A stretch of DNA of 32,000 nucleotides from Propionibacterium freudenreichii subsp. freudenreichii (GCF_000940845.1 NZ_CP010341.1:1380001-1412000); one strand, 5' to 3'; positions 8,105 to 18,562 are shown, numbered from the stretch's first letter. Made by a program: numbers and translations. Notes: generated by a model not told the origin, from the letters alone.

Positions 8105-8986
8105 CTACAGACGACCCATGAGGGTCTCGACTCCACCGATCGAGCCTCCGCGTGCCGTGATGCGCAACGCGAGCTCGTGCAGGGCACTCGGCCTGGTGAC
8201 GCAGGTCCCGAGGTCATGGCCGGTCTTGCCGGTGCCGTGGTAGTCAGAGCCGCCGGTGCGCATCAGCCCCAGCCGTCCCCCGAGCTCGAAGAGCAGGGCA
8301 CGTGTCTGCTGGTCCTGATCGGGATGGTCAACCTCAATGCCGTCGAGGCCGTGGTCGGCCTTCAGCGAGGCCAGCAGCGCCGACGTCACGACATCGCGGG
8401 TGCCCCGAATCCACGGGTGGGCGATGATGCATGCCCCGTGGGCACCGTGCACCAGGTCGATGGCGCGTGCCAGGGCGAGGGTCTCCCGCGGCACATAGGC
8501 AGGCCCCGTGCTGTCGAGGTACTTTGCGAAGGCCTCGTCGCGGTTGGCCACATAGCCCTTGGCCACCAACGCATCGGCCACATGGGGACGTCCCGCCGAC
8601 GAGGCGCCCAGCATCTGCTTCTCGACGTCGCCCACGGAGAGGTCCATGCCGAGCTCATGGAGCTTGGCGATCATCTTCGGGAGCCGATCGAGCCTGGACG
8701 CCCGCATGTGGGCGAGTTCCCGGCGCAGCGGCTGGGCCCATGGGTCAGCGCCGTAGCCCAACAGGTGAACCTCGGTTGACCCCACATGGGTGCTGATTTC
8801 AATGCCCGGCAGCACGGCCACCCCGAAGCGACGTCCGGCCTCCTCGGCCTCTGCGAGTCCGTCGAAGGTGTCGTGATCACACAAGGCGATCACGGCGAGC
8901 CCGTCACGTTGTGCCTTCTGCACCAGCGCGGTGGGAGTGTCCGTTCCGTCAGAGACATTCGAGTGCGTGTGCAGGTCGATGAGCAT
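8105..8986 (-). CDS. PHP-domain phosphoesterase (TrpH/YciV, RNase AM-like)
   Basis: MLIDLHTHSNVSDGTD and ALCDHDT are PHP metal-binding motifs. I chose the start at ATG 8986. The ORF extends to 9103. Confidence 0.85.
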   Translation of the reverse strand: MLIDLHTHSNVSDGTDTPTALVQKAQRDGLAVIALCDHDTFDGLAEAEEAGRRFGVAVLPGIEISTHVGSTEVHLLGYGADPWAQPLRRELAHMRASRLDRLPKMIAKLHELGMDLSVGDVEKQMLGASSAGRPHVADALVAKGYVANRDEAFAKYLDSTGPAYVPRETLALARAIDLVHGAHGACIIAHPWIRGTRDVVTSALLASLKADHGLDGIEVDHPDQDQQTRALLFELGGRLGLMRTGGSDYHGTGKTGHDLGTCVTRPSALHELALRITARGGSIGGVETLMGRL

Positions 8987-9117
8987 GCCCCAATCCTGCC
9001 ACGTTTGGGGGTTGCCACGCCTGCGTTGCCGGCCACCCGAAGGACGGGCAACCCACCGCTCGCGCGATGTCGCCCCACCGGTGCCACAAGGGGGCCGCAA
9101 CACGCCAGAATGGGGGC

Positions 9118-9594
9118 ATGGAATTCACAGCCGAACACCATTACGACGCAGAGCCAGCCGCGGTCTACGCGATGTTCAATGATCCGCAGTGGTGGCGCAC
9201 CCTGGTTGAGCGGGCGGGCGCCGAGAGCAGCAGGATCACCGCACAGGACGCCACGGTGGACGTGCACATCGAACTCACCACTCCGCAGAAGGCGCGTCCG
9301 TTCGCCGGCGACACGCTCGGTCTCGATCAGACCTTCACCTGGACCCCGACGGATGGTGGCTGGGATGGCACCTTCCGGCAGGGCACGGCCGGCAAGCTGC
9401 CTGCCGCATCGACCGGCACGGCAACCATCCGGGCGGGGCACGGCGGCACCGATGTGCACTACACCGGTGAGTTCACCGTGAAGATCCCGGTGATGGGTCG
9501 CAAGCTGGAGGCCATGGCGGCCCCTTATGTCACCCAGATCATCGACCTCCAACAGAAGGTCGGCACCGAATGGTTGTCGGCGCACAAGGGCTGA
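9118..9594 (+). CDS. DUF2505 / SRPBCC-like protein
   Basis: 158 aa from ATG 9118 (MEFTAEHHYDAEPAAVYAMFNDP...). The C-terminal ...KVGTEWL resembles the DUF2505 pattern as I remember it. Confidence 0.6.
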   Translation: MEFTAEHHYDAEPAAVYAMFNDPQWWRTLVERAGAESSRITAQDATVDVHIELTTPQKARPFAGDTLGLDQTFTWTPTDGGWDGTFRQGTAGKLPAASTGTATIRAGHGGTDVHYTGEFTVKIPVMGRKLEAMAAPYVTQIIDLQQKVGTEWLSAHKG

Positions 9595-9604
9595 GTCCCC
9601 TGGT

Positions 9605-9635
9605 GACCGGTGCCTCCGCGCGGTCGGCACCGGTC
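9605..9635. terminator. Bidirectional hairpin between convergent genes
   Basis: GACCGGTGCC (9605-9614) pairs with GGCACCGGTC (9626-9635). The stem is 10 bp. Confidence 0.6.
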
Positions 9636-9652
9636 CCCGTGGTGGGCCGGCG

Positions 9653-9856
9653 TCAGTCCTCAGTGACCTCGGCCGCCGCTGGAATGAGCTGCGCGATCTG
9701 CAAGCGCGCCACCGGCGTTGCCACAAGGTAGCTGGCCGGTTGGTCCTCTCCCCCATCGCGCTGGGTGATCAGGGCCACCTCGTCGCCACGATCACGCAGC
9801 GCGTCGGCGAGGCGGACCGCCTCGCCGTGGTCACGCAGCACAATGCGTGTGGTCAT
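9653..9856 (-). CDS. Hypothetical 67-aa acidic protein, translationally coupled to the upstream gene
   Basis: Third-position GC is high throughout. Its ATG lies 1 nt after the upstream TGA (TGAgATG). I do not recognise a family. Confidence 0.55.
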   Translation of the reverse strand: MTTRIVLRDHGEAVRLADALRDRGDEVALITQRDGGEDQPASYLVATPVARLQIAQLIPAAAEVTED

Positions 9857-9857
9857 C

Positions 9858-10367
9858 TCAATGCTCCTTCGCCTTCACGGATGCCGGTAATTCGCTGACG
9901 TCGTGCCACAGGAGGGGCGCATCCGCCGCGAGGGCCTGCACATCGGTGTTCTGCCATGCCCCATCGATGTCCGAATGCGCCAGCTTGCGGGCCACGTCGG
10001 CCTCATCTGCCGGGTGCGGCCCGGTGAAGAAGGCCGTGACCGCCGACAGCGGCAGGCCCGGCAGCAGCACTGCCCCGTTCGGCTCCTCGCCGGGATCTGC
10101 GTCCCCGTGGGCATCGACCCGGGCCACCATGACGAGGCGGCGATCGCCCCGAATCAACGACCACACGGCCGCCACCTGGAGCGCGGCCAGCTCCGCGTCC
10201 TCACTGTCGGGTTCCACGCCGAAGGTCTCACACAGGCCCGGCGTGATGGCGATGGCCGACACGGGACCCCCCAGGGTGCCCGTCGTCACCAGGGAAGCAG
10301 CCTCATCGGTGCGCAGGGGCACGAATACCAGTGGCGCCCTGTCGGTGCGGGACGTCTTTGTGCTCAT
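9858..10367 (-). CDS. Conserved actinobacterial protein of unknown function (I believe the DUF6912 family)
   Basis: 169 aa from ATG 10367, with a strong GGAGGAG SD. VFVPLRTDEAASL...AIAITPGL and the C-terminal LLWHDVSELP resemble my memory of this family (MRVYVPLT...AVTPAL...LLWYATQEI). This is unverified. Confidence 0.55.
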   Translation of the reverse strand: MSTKTSRTDRAPLVFVPLRTDEAASLVTTGTLGGPVSAIAITPGLCETFGVEPDSEDAELAALQVAAVWSLIRGDRRLVMVARVDAHGDADPGEEPNGAVLLPGLPLSAVTAFFTGPHPADEADVARKLAHSDIDGAWQNTDVQALAADAPLLWHDVSELPASVKAKEH

Positions 10368-10423
10368 GGGTTCTCCTCCATTGATGTGGCTACCCGGAGT
10401 TTTCCACAATTGACGAGCTGGGG

Positions 10424-10990
10424 TTGTCGTCGTCGCCACCCACCGGCATGCTCACCCCCATGGACAATGCGATGGCTGATCTCCCCGTGCCTCCCCCGCA
10501 GATGTGGGCGACCAACGCCGGGCCGGTGGAGTGCGTGGGTGTCGTGCGGCAGGCACGTCCCCCGCTGCAGTTGGGGGCGGGGTGGTCGAGGTCACGTCCT
10601 CAAGCCGTGCAGCATCGTCCGGATCCGGCTGCCCACCGCCTCGCGATCACCTTTGCCCGCATGATCAAGGAGGCCCTGGCAGGGACCCGTCCGGCCCGCC
10701 AGCTGCAGGCGGTGATGCGCGCGGACAGGCTGGAGCAGGTGGTGAGCATCCAGCGCATGGGAGGCCTGACCGGGATCCGATGCACCCATGTCCGCGCGGA
10801 TCGTCCCGCAGCGGGCACCGTGGAGGCAGTGGCCTGCTACCGCTGGACCTCCGCCGAGCCTCCACCACCCGGTGGTGAGCCAGCGGAGCGCGCGTTCGCG
10901 GTGGCCTTCCGGTTGGACTTCCGACGGGGCCGGTGGTGCTGCGACGAATTGCAGATCATCGCCTCGGCGCAGCCTGACCGGGCAGCCTGA
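10424..10990 (+). CDS. Rv3235-family protein (secA-adjacent, Ala/Arg/Pro-rich, unknown function)
   Basis: AAHRLAITFARMIKEALAGTRPARQLQAVM matches the remembered family core (..EVL.G.RP..QL). It is convergent with secA, as Rv3235 is in mycobacteria. The start is uncertain: TTG at 10424, or ATG at 10448, 10460 or 10472. Confidence 0.55.
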   Translation: MSSSPPTGMLTPMDNAMADLPVPPPQMWATNAGPVECVGVVRQARPPLQLGAGWSRSRPQAVQHRPDPAAHRLAITFARMIKEALAGTRPARQLQAVMRADRLEQVVSIQRMGGLTGIRCTHVRADRPAAGTVEAVACYRWTSAEPPPPGGEPAERAFAVAFRLDFRRGRWCCDELQIIASAQPDRAA

Positions 10991-11018
10991 CTGATCCGCC
11001 CCGCAGGGCAGATCAGTC
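10989..11018. terminator. Bidirectional hairpin between the Rv3235-family gene and secA
   Basis: GACTGATC (10989-10996) pairs with GATCAGTC (11011-11018). There is an inner GCCC/GGGC stem. Confidence 0.5.
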
Positions 11019-11029
11019 CCCCACACCGC

Positions 11030-13879
<2,850 letters not shown>

Positions 13880-13953
13880 GAGTTGGTGTCCTTATAGGTC
13901 GATCAGGTCGGCGGGGCGCACAGTGGCACCCTATTTCGGGTCCATCCTAGGCG

Positions 13954-13976
13954 CTCAAAATATCTTAAGTAGTATG
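13954..13976 (-). promoter_or_regulatory. AT-rich island with TANNNT hexamers (TAAGAT, TATTTT), a candidate secA promoter
   Basis: The minus strand reads CATACTACTTAAGATATTTTGAG, 75-97 nt upstream of the secA ATG. It is the only AT-rich stretch in this 244-nt spacer. Confidence 0.3.
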
Positions 13977-14123
13977 CCGCCCGGCACCGGTGGCTGCGCG
14001 GCGGCGTCCGACGACATGGCAAACCGCCCGGCCGGGGGACGATTCCCCTGACCGGACGGCTCTTGGTTCCCCGTGCCCCAGCGGCCAACCATCACGCCGC
14101 AGGGGTTCGGGGAATCCGGTGGA

Positions 14124-14720
14124 TCACTGCACCTCGAGGTGAATGACACCGTAGTCGTAGGCCTTGCGACGGTAGACCACGCTCGGCTTGCCGCTGGCCG
14201 CATCCACGAAGAGGAAGAAGTCGTGGCCCACCAGTTCCATCTGGTCCAGGGCCTGCGCCAGGGTGAGCGGGGTGGTCTCGAAGGTCTTCTCGCGCACCAC
14301 CATCGGGCCGTCACCGTCGACGGTCATGCCGGCCACCTCGTGGGTGTCCTCGGCAGTCTTGACGCTCTGGTCCTCCACCGCGACCGGCAGGTCGGCCAGA
14401 CGCTGGCCGCCGCGACGACGCTTGCGGCGATCCGCGGCCTTGCGCAATTGGGCGATGAGGCGATCAAGCGCCTGGTCGAAGGCGATCATCTTGTCCTCGG
14501 CCATTCCGCCGGCGCGAATGACCGGACCCTTGCCGCGAACGGTGATTTCGCAACGGATGGCGTTGGATGGATCACCCTTGGACTCATTGGCGGTGAATTC
14601 GACCTCGGTACGAATCACACGGTCCTTGAGCTTGACGATCGAATCATTCAACCGGCGACTGACCAGATCGCGCGTTGCGTCGTTGATACTGATACGGCGC
14701 CCGGTGACGATGACGTCCAT
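14124..14720 (-). CDS. hpf: Ribosome hibernation-promoting factor, long form
   Basis: The sequence runs MDVIVTGRRISINDATRDLV...IRCEITVRGKGPVIRA, then a basic linker RKRRRGG, then a C-terminal dimerisation domain ...FFLFVDAASGKPSVVYRRKAYDYGVIHLE. I chose the start at ATG 14720, which has an AAGGGGA SD. Confidence 0.93.
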   Translation of the reverse strand: MDVIVTGRRISINDATRDLVSRRLNDSIVKLKDRVIRTEVEFTANESKGDPSNAIRCEITVRGKGPVIRAGGMAEDKMIAFDQALDRLIAQLRKAADRRKRRRGGQRLADLPVAVEDQSVKTAEDTHEVAGMTVDGDGPMVVREKTFETTPLTLAQALDQMELVGHDFFLFVDAASGKPSVVYRRKAYDYGVIHLEVQ

Positions 14721-14739
14721 CTTGATCCCCTTTCGGTGG

Positions 14740-14745
14740 ATTATC
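14740..14745 (-). promoter_or_regulatory. Candidate -10 box (GATAAT) for hpf
   Basis: The minus strand reads GATAAT-ccaccgaaaggggatcaag-ATG, which would give a short SD-containing leader. Confidence 0.3.
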
Positions 14746-14875
14746 TCTATCGACGGGCCTGCAGGCCACTGGCTCATGAATCGAAGGGCTGTCCGACCCG
14801 CAGACGACGAAGGCACGAGCCGCAGAGTCCCCCGGTTCGGATGGGGAGTCTGATGCGTCGTGCCATGTCACAACG

Positions 14876-15685
14876 CTAGCGGGTTTGGTCGCCCGGGGCG
14901 AGGGGTGACCCGACACGGCGGGGCACGGATCCGGCCAATTCCGTCTGTGCCGCACAGGCGACGCCCCACACCCGGGCCCCGGCGGCACGCAGGGCCCGCA
15001 CGGCCTCCCGGACCGTCGCGCCCGTGGTCACCACATCATCGACGACGACGATCGGGCGCGCCTGCCACAGCTGTGGACCGCGGGTTCGTGGGAGGCACCA
15101 TCGCGGGGAACCGATGCTCATGGTGCCGTGCTGGCCTGCTCGTCGGGCAGCTGATCCCAGGCCGATCTGATCGCGGGTCGCACTGACCCTGCGCAGCAGC
15201 TTGCACCATTCCAGCCCGCAGACGGCCGCCGCGCGGCGGGTGATCGTCGTCGTGTGGTCAAGGCCCCGGGCCCGCACCCGGCGTGGATCGGCCGGCACCG
15301 GAACCAGGATGGGGACCTCGCCGCCGGCGCCTGCGGTCGGGCCCCTCGCACCCCAGAGGGGCGATGCGTCGCCGCCCGGCCCCGCGAGCAGCAGGCCTGC
15401 CAGCGCCCGGGACACGAGCCGAGACAGGGGTGCTGCCAGGGTCCATGCGCCCCGGTCCTTGAAGGCGATCACCAGTTTTCCGGCGATGGGGTCGTAACGG
15501 CTGCCCGACCAGACCGGAACCATGCCATCGACCAGGTCATCCCCGTCGGGTTCACGAACCAGCGGTCCGTCGTCGAGGCGTCGGTCGCACGGGGCACACA
15601 GCACCGGTCCCGGTGATCCGCAGGCCACGCACTCCGAGCCGAGGAGCAGGTCCTGCCCCGCTGCAATCACATGCGAAAGGTTCAT
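14876..15685 (-). CDS. comF: ComF-family phosphoribosyltransferase-domain protein
   Basis: N-terminal Cys pairs CVACGSPGPVLCAPC and the PRTase motif IVVVDDVVTTGAT. Confidence 0.85.
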   Translation of the reverse strand: MNLSHVIAAGQDLLLGSECVACGSPGPVLCAPCDRRLDDGPLVREPDGDDLVDGMVPVWSGSRYDPIAGKLVIAFKDRGAWTLAAPLSRLVSRALAGLLLAGPGGDASPLWGARGPTAGAGGEVPILVPVPADPRRVRARGLDHTTTITRRAAAVCGLEWCKLLRRVSATRDQIGLGSAARRAGQHGTMSIGSPRWCLPRTRGPQLWQARPIVVVDDVVTTGATVREAVRALRAAGARVWGVACAAQTELAGSVPRRVGSPLAPGDQTR

Positions 15686-15766
15686 ATGGGCAGTGTGTGC
15701 GCGCCCGCTCGATCCGGTGCATTCCGGTGGTACGTGCGCACGGCAGCATCGCGCACCGGGGCCGGT

Positions 15767-16507
15767 TCACACCGTCAGGGGTTCCGGGATCCAGCGCACA
15801 TCGGTGGTGTGGCCGAGTCGATAGCCCAGTCCGCGCACCGTCGTCACGATCCGGGGCCGGTCGGGGTCCGCCTCGATCTTCGCCCGCAGCCGCTGCACGT
15901 GCACCGTGACCACGCGTTCGTCGCCGGCATGTCCGTATCCCCAGACCTCCGCGAGGAGTTCCTCGCGGCTGAAGACATGTCCGGGTCGTTCGACCAGGGT
16001 GACCAACAGCTTGAATTCGGTCGGGGTCACGTTGATCGGCTCGCGGTGACGGCGCACCTGCCGGTTGTCCACGTCGACCTCGAGGTCATCGACCATCACC
16101 GTGTGCCGCGCCTGGATCCCATTGCGCCGACGCCGCATGCGCGCCTGGACGCGCACGAGCAGTTCCGCACCCGCGAACGGTTCGACGATGTAGTCATCAG
16201 CTCCGGCCCGGAATCCCTCCACGATGTCCTCGGTGGCCGAGCCGGTCGACACCAGGATGATGGGCACATCGGATTCCCGCCTGATCTCACGGCAGACATC
16301 CAGTCCACTGCGACCGGCCAGGCCCACTTCCATGACCACGAGGTCGGGCCTGGTCTCGTGGAACGACTTCAAGGCGATGGACGCGCTGGCGCACCACCGG
16401 GTGGCAAAGCCAAGCTCCGAGAGCAGGTCATGCAGTTCATCGGCGCGTTCCGCGTCGTCCTGGACGATCAGGACCAGCCCCGGCCCGCCGACCTCAATGT
16501 CCGTCAT
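15767..16507 (-). CDS. OmpR/MtrA-type winged-helix response regulator with an atypical receiver domain (acceptor Asp->Glu, conserved Lys->Glu)
   Basis: Receiver domain: IVQDD, RPDLVVMEVGLAG, ILVST, GADDYIVEPF. The wHTH domain (TPTEFKLL..VWGY..VHVQRLRAKIE..VRGLGYR) is very similar to MtrA. I chose ATG 16507, which has a GGTGGAG SD. The ORF opens at GTG 16525. Confidence 0.9.
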   Translation of the reverse strand: MTDIEVGGPGLVLIVQDDAERADELHDLLSELGFATRWCASASIALKSFHETRPDLVVMEVGLAGRSGLDVCREIRRESDVPIILVSTGSATEDIVEGFRAGADDYIVEPFAGAELLVRVQARMRRRRNGIQARHTVMVDDLEVDVDNRQVRRHREPINVTPTEFKLLVTLVERPGHVFSREELLAEVWGYGHAGDERVVTVHVQRLRAKIEADPDRPRIVTTVRGLGYRLGHTTDVRWIPEPLTV

Positions 16508-16570
16508 CAACTCCACCAGAATCACAGCACGCGAAGCACGGGCACCAGAACGGAAAACCTGTGCCTTGCC

Positions 16571-16576
16571 ACTATA
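16571..16576 (-). promoter_or_regulatory. Candidate -10 box (TATAGT) upstream of the response regulator
   Basis: The minus strand reads cttccTATAGTggc, 64 nt upstream of ATG 16507. It lies in the 135-nt gap after yqgE. Confidence 0.25.
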
Positions 16577-16642
16577 GGAAGCTGGTGGACCCCGCCGGGA
16601 GTTGTCCGGATGTGGAGCGGGCTGGCAGGTCCCGGTCGGGGC

Positions 16643-17209
16643 TCAATTCAGGGCGGGCTTGTCGGCGTAGCCGCTCAGCAGGCCGGCATCCCCGCCGACG
16701 CGGCGCAGCACGCGCCGCCACAATCCCTCGGCCTGGGCGCCGAACACATCCTCATCGCGGGCCGGTGCGCGCAGCCAGACCCCGCGATCAAGCTCATCGG
16801 ACAGCTGTCCGGGGTCCCAGCCGGAGTAGCCGGCAAAGACGCGGACGTCGCTGTAGGCGCCGGCGGCGATCTCCACGGGGGTGTCCAGGTGCAGCAGGCC
16901 GACGTCGCCCAGCACGGGCCGCCATCCGGGGGGTTCCTCACCGCTATCCATCACCTTGGCCAGGCAGATCGCACCGTTGGGGGCCACCGGGCCCCCGGCG
17001 AAGAGCACCGATGGTGGGTTGAGCTCCCCCGCCCAGGCGGGGAGCACTTCTGCCACCGGCGTGGTGGAGGGCTTGTTGAGGGCCACCCCGATGGCACCGT
17101 TCTCGTCATTGTCGAGCAGGAAGATGACGGCCTGGTCGAAGAATCCACCGCCGGCCGCCTCAGAGCTGACCAGCAGCTCACCTGCGTGGGGCGACGACGA
17201 GAAGTTCAC
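16643..17209 (-). CDS. YqgE/AlgH-family protein (UPF0301)
   Basis: GFFDQAVIFLLDNDENGAIGVALNKPS and VFAGYSGWDPGQLSDEL are family hallmarks. I chose GTG 17209 (188 aa). The listed 283-aa ORF would run into the tmRNA gene. Confidence 0.85.
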   Translation of the reverse strand: MNFSSSPHAGELLVSSEAAGGGFFDQAVIFLLDNDENGAIGVALNKPSTTPVAEVLPAWAGELNPPSVLFAGGPVAPNGAICLAKVMDSGEEPPGWRPVLGDVGLLHLDTPVEIAAGAYSDVRVFAGYSGWDPGQLSDELDRGVWLRAPARDEDVFGAQAEGLWRRVLRRVGGDAGLLSGYADKPALN

Positions 17210-17257
17210 GCCCCAAGTCTGGCACGCGACGACGAATCGTCGGCCCCGGGTGGGCCG

Positions 17258-17345
17258 TCGTCGTGTCCCCCCGTGCCCTAAGCGTGCCCCCAGCGTGCCC
17301 CCAGCAGATGAAATCGTGGCCGATTCGTGGCGATTCGTTGCGACC
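17258..17345. repeat. Helically phased CGTG/CACG repeat array with two embedded exact tandem duplications
   Basis: CGTG starts at 17262, 17272, 17283, 17294, 17315 and 17326, with CGTT at 17336. AGCGTGCCCCC is repeated twice (17281-17302). CGATTCGTGG / CGATTCGTTG lies at 17321-17340. Confidence 0.8.
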
Positions 17346-17387
17346 AGTTGCGGGAAGCGTCCGGCGTGAAACCCTGGTGGGCACGCC

Positions 17388-17420
17388 AAAAGGCCCCGTC
17401 CCTTGCGGGGCGGGGCCTTT
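17388..17420 (-). terminator. Rho-independent terminator of ssrA
   Basis: The minus strand reads AAAGGCCCCG-ccccgcaaggga-CGGGGCCTTTT. It starts immediately 3' of the tmRNA CCA end. Confidence 0.75.
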
Positions 17421-17422
17421 AG

Positions 17423-17790
17423 TGGTGGAGGTGGCGGGAATTGAACCCGCGTCCTGACGTAACGAACCAGATCTTCTCCGGGTGCAGCTGACATTGCGGT
17501 CTACTCGGCTCCTGTGCTCACGTCAGCAAGTCACAGCCAAGCCCAGTTCGAGAAAAGTCCCTGTCGATCCCTCGAACGCAGATCGACAAGCAAGCCCTCT
17601 AAATGAGGCCAGGATCCGGACGGAAGGCTACATCCGGGCTGACCCTTCGGTCACTGCTCAGGCAGCGAGAGCGAAGTCAGTGCGATTGGTATCGGCACTT
17701 ATTGGTTTCCAGAGGACATTAACGAGATGACTCTGGATTCTCGACCCGCTTCTTCTGGAACTATCACTCCAGTCGAAACCGATCACCCCC
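17423..17790 (-). ncRNA. ssrA: tmRNA (SsrA), 368 nt, encoding tag peptide ADTNRTDFALAA
   Basis: The 5' end is GGGGGTGATCGGTTTCGACTGG. The 3' end is GGACGCGGGTTCAATTCCCGCCACCTCCACCA. The acceptor stem carries a G3:U pair. The tag reading frame GCC GAT ACC AAT CGC ACT GAC TTC GCT CTC GCT GCC TGA lies at 17696..17658. Confidence 0.97.
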
Positions 17791-17813
17791 ATGTTTCTGG
17801 TCTTGCGTATTCA

Positions 17814-17819
17814 ATTGTA
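17814..17819 (-). promoter_or_regulatory. Candidate -10 box (TACAAT) for ssrA
   Basis: The minus strand reads cagTACAATtgaatacgcaagaccagaaacat, followed by the mature 5' end. This implies a processed precursor leader of about 17 nt. Confidence 0.4.
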
Positions 17820-17914
17820 CTGTTCAGTTGTCACGAGGGCCGCACAGGGCAGTGCCCGCAGCTCCCTTATCTCCTCCAACGCTACCCCATGGCCCAGTAT
17901 TCCCGCACGGGCGC

Positions 17915-18562
17915 CTACTTCTCGTCGAGCACCCGGATCGGCAGCACTCGTTGCAGGACATTGCGCGAGTCCTTCCCGTCCGAGGCATTGAGCCCCGACA
18001 CCACGATCAGCACGAGCGCCAATGCGGACCAGACGGCAAAGGGTATCCACCCCAGCCCGAGCAGGGCACTGAACCCCACCACCAGCGCGGACACGATGGC
18101 AATCGCAATCTGGGTGTTGAAGGCCTTGGCCGCCTCCCGATGGGGGTAGCTGTGTGGCTTGGACAGCGCGTAGACGGCCGCGGGGCCAACGATCCAGGTG
18201 AACGCGCCCGACCAATGGGCGGCGGCCCCGGCCCAGCGTCCAGCACTTCGTCGCACTTCCCGGGGCACGACCACCGAGGGGTAGGCCCCGAACTGACCGA
18301 CCACCTGGCTGGCGAGTCCTGCCTTCACAAAGCCCTCGAGTGCCGCATTGAGCTCCCGGCGTGTCCGGGCGCGCAGCACCTTGTCGATGCGCCGCCCGAA
18401 CTCCTCGTGGGACAGGCGGCCTTCGGCGTAGGCGTCCTGCAAATAGCGCTCACTGCGTTGACGTTGCTCTTCGGTGATGGGTGCGTCGAGCAGGTCTCGG
18501 CCCGCAGCGCCGAATGACTCCGGCGTGAATCCGGGGATCGGCGAACCTGATGGCATCGGCAT
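17915..18562 (-). CDS. DUF1707 (SHOCT-like) plus DUF4870-like membrane protein
   Basis: N-terminal motif ERYLQDAYAEGRLSHEEFGRRIDKVLRARTRRELNAAL. The C-terminal part has predicted TM segments with AAKAFNTQIAIAI. The ATG at 18556 has better GAGGT spacing than the one at 18562. Confidence 0.75.
   Translation of the reverse strand: MPMPSGSPIPGFTPESFGAAGRDLLDAPITEEQRQRSERYLQDAYAEGRLSHEEFGRRIDKVLRARTRRELNAALEGFVKAGLASQVVGQFGAYPSVVVPREVRRSAGRWAGAAAHWSGAFTWIVGPAAVYALSKPHSYPHREAAKAFNTQIAIAIVSALVVGFSALLGLGWIPFAVWSALALVLIVVSGLNASDGKDSRNVLQRVLPIRVLDEK

Noticed and set aside
15671-17281. 536-aa ORF on the + strand spanning the response regulator and yqgE
   Set aside because: It is antisense to two well-supported genes and crosses their intergenic spacer. 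Its composition is typical of GC-rich non-coding frames.
17210-17494. Upstream 95 codons of the 283-aa ORF that contains yqgE
   Set aside because: This part would overlap the tmRNA 3' end and its terminator, and it has no similarity to YqgE-family N-termini. The GTG at 17209 gives the usual family length of about 190 aa.
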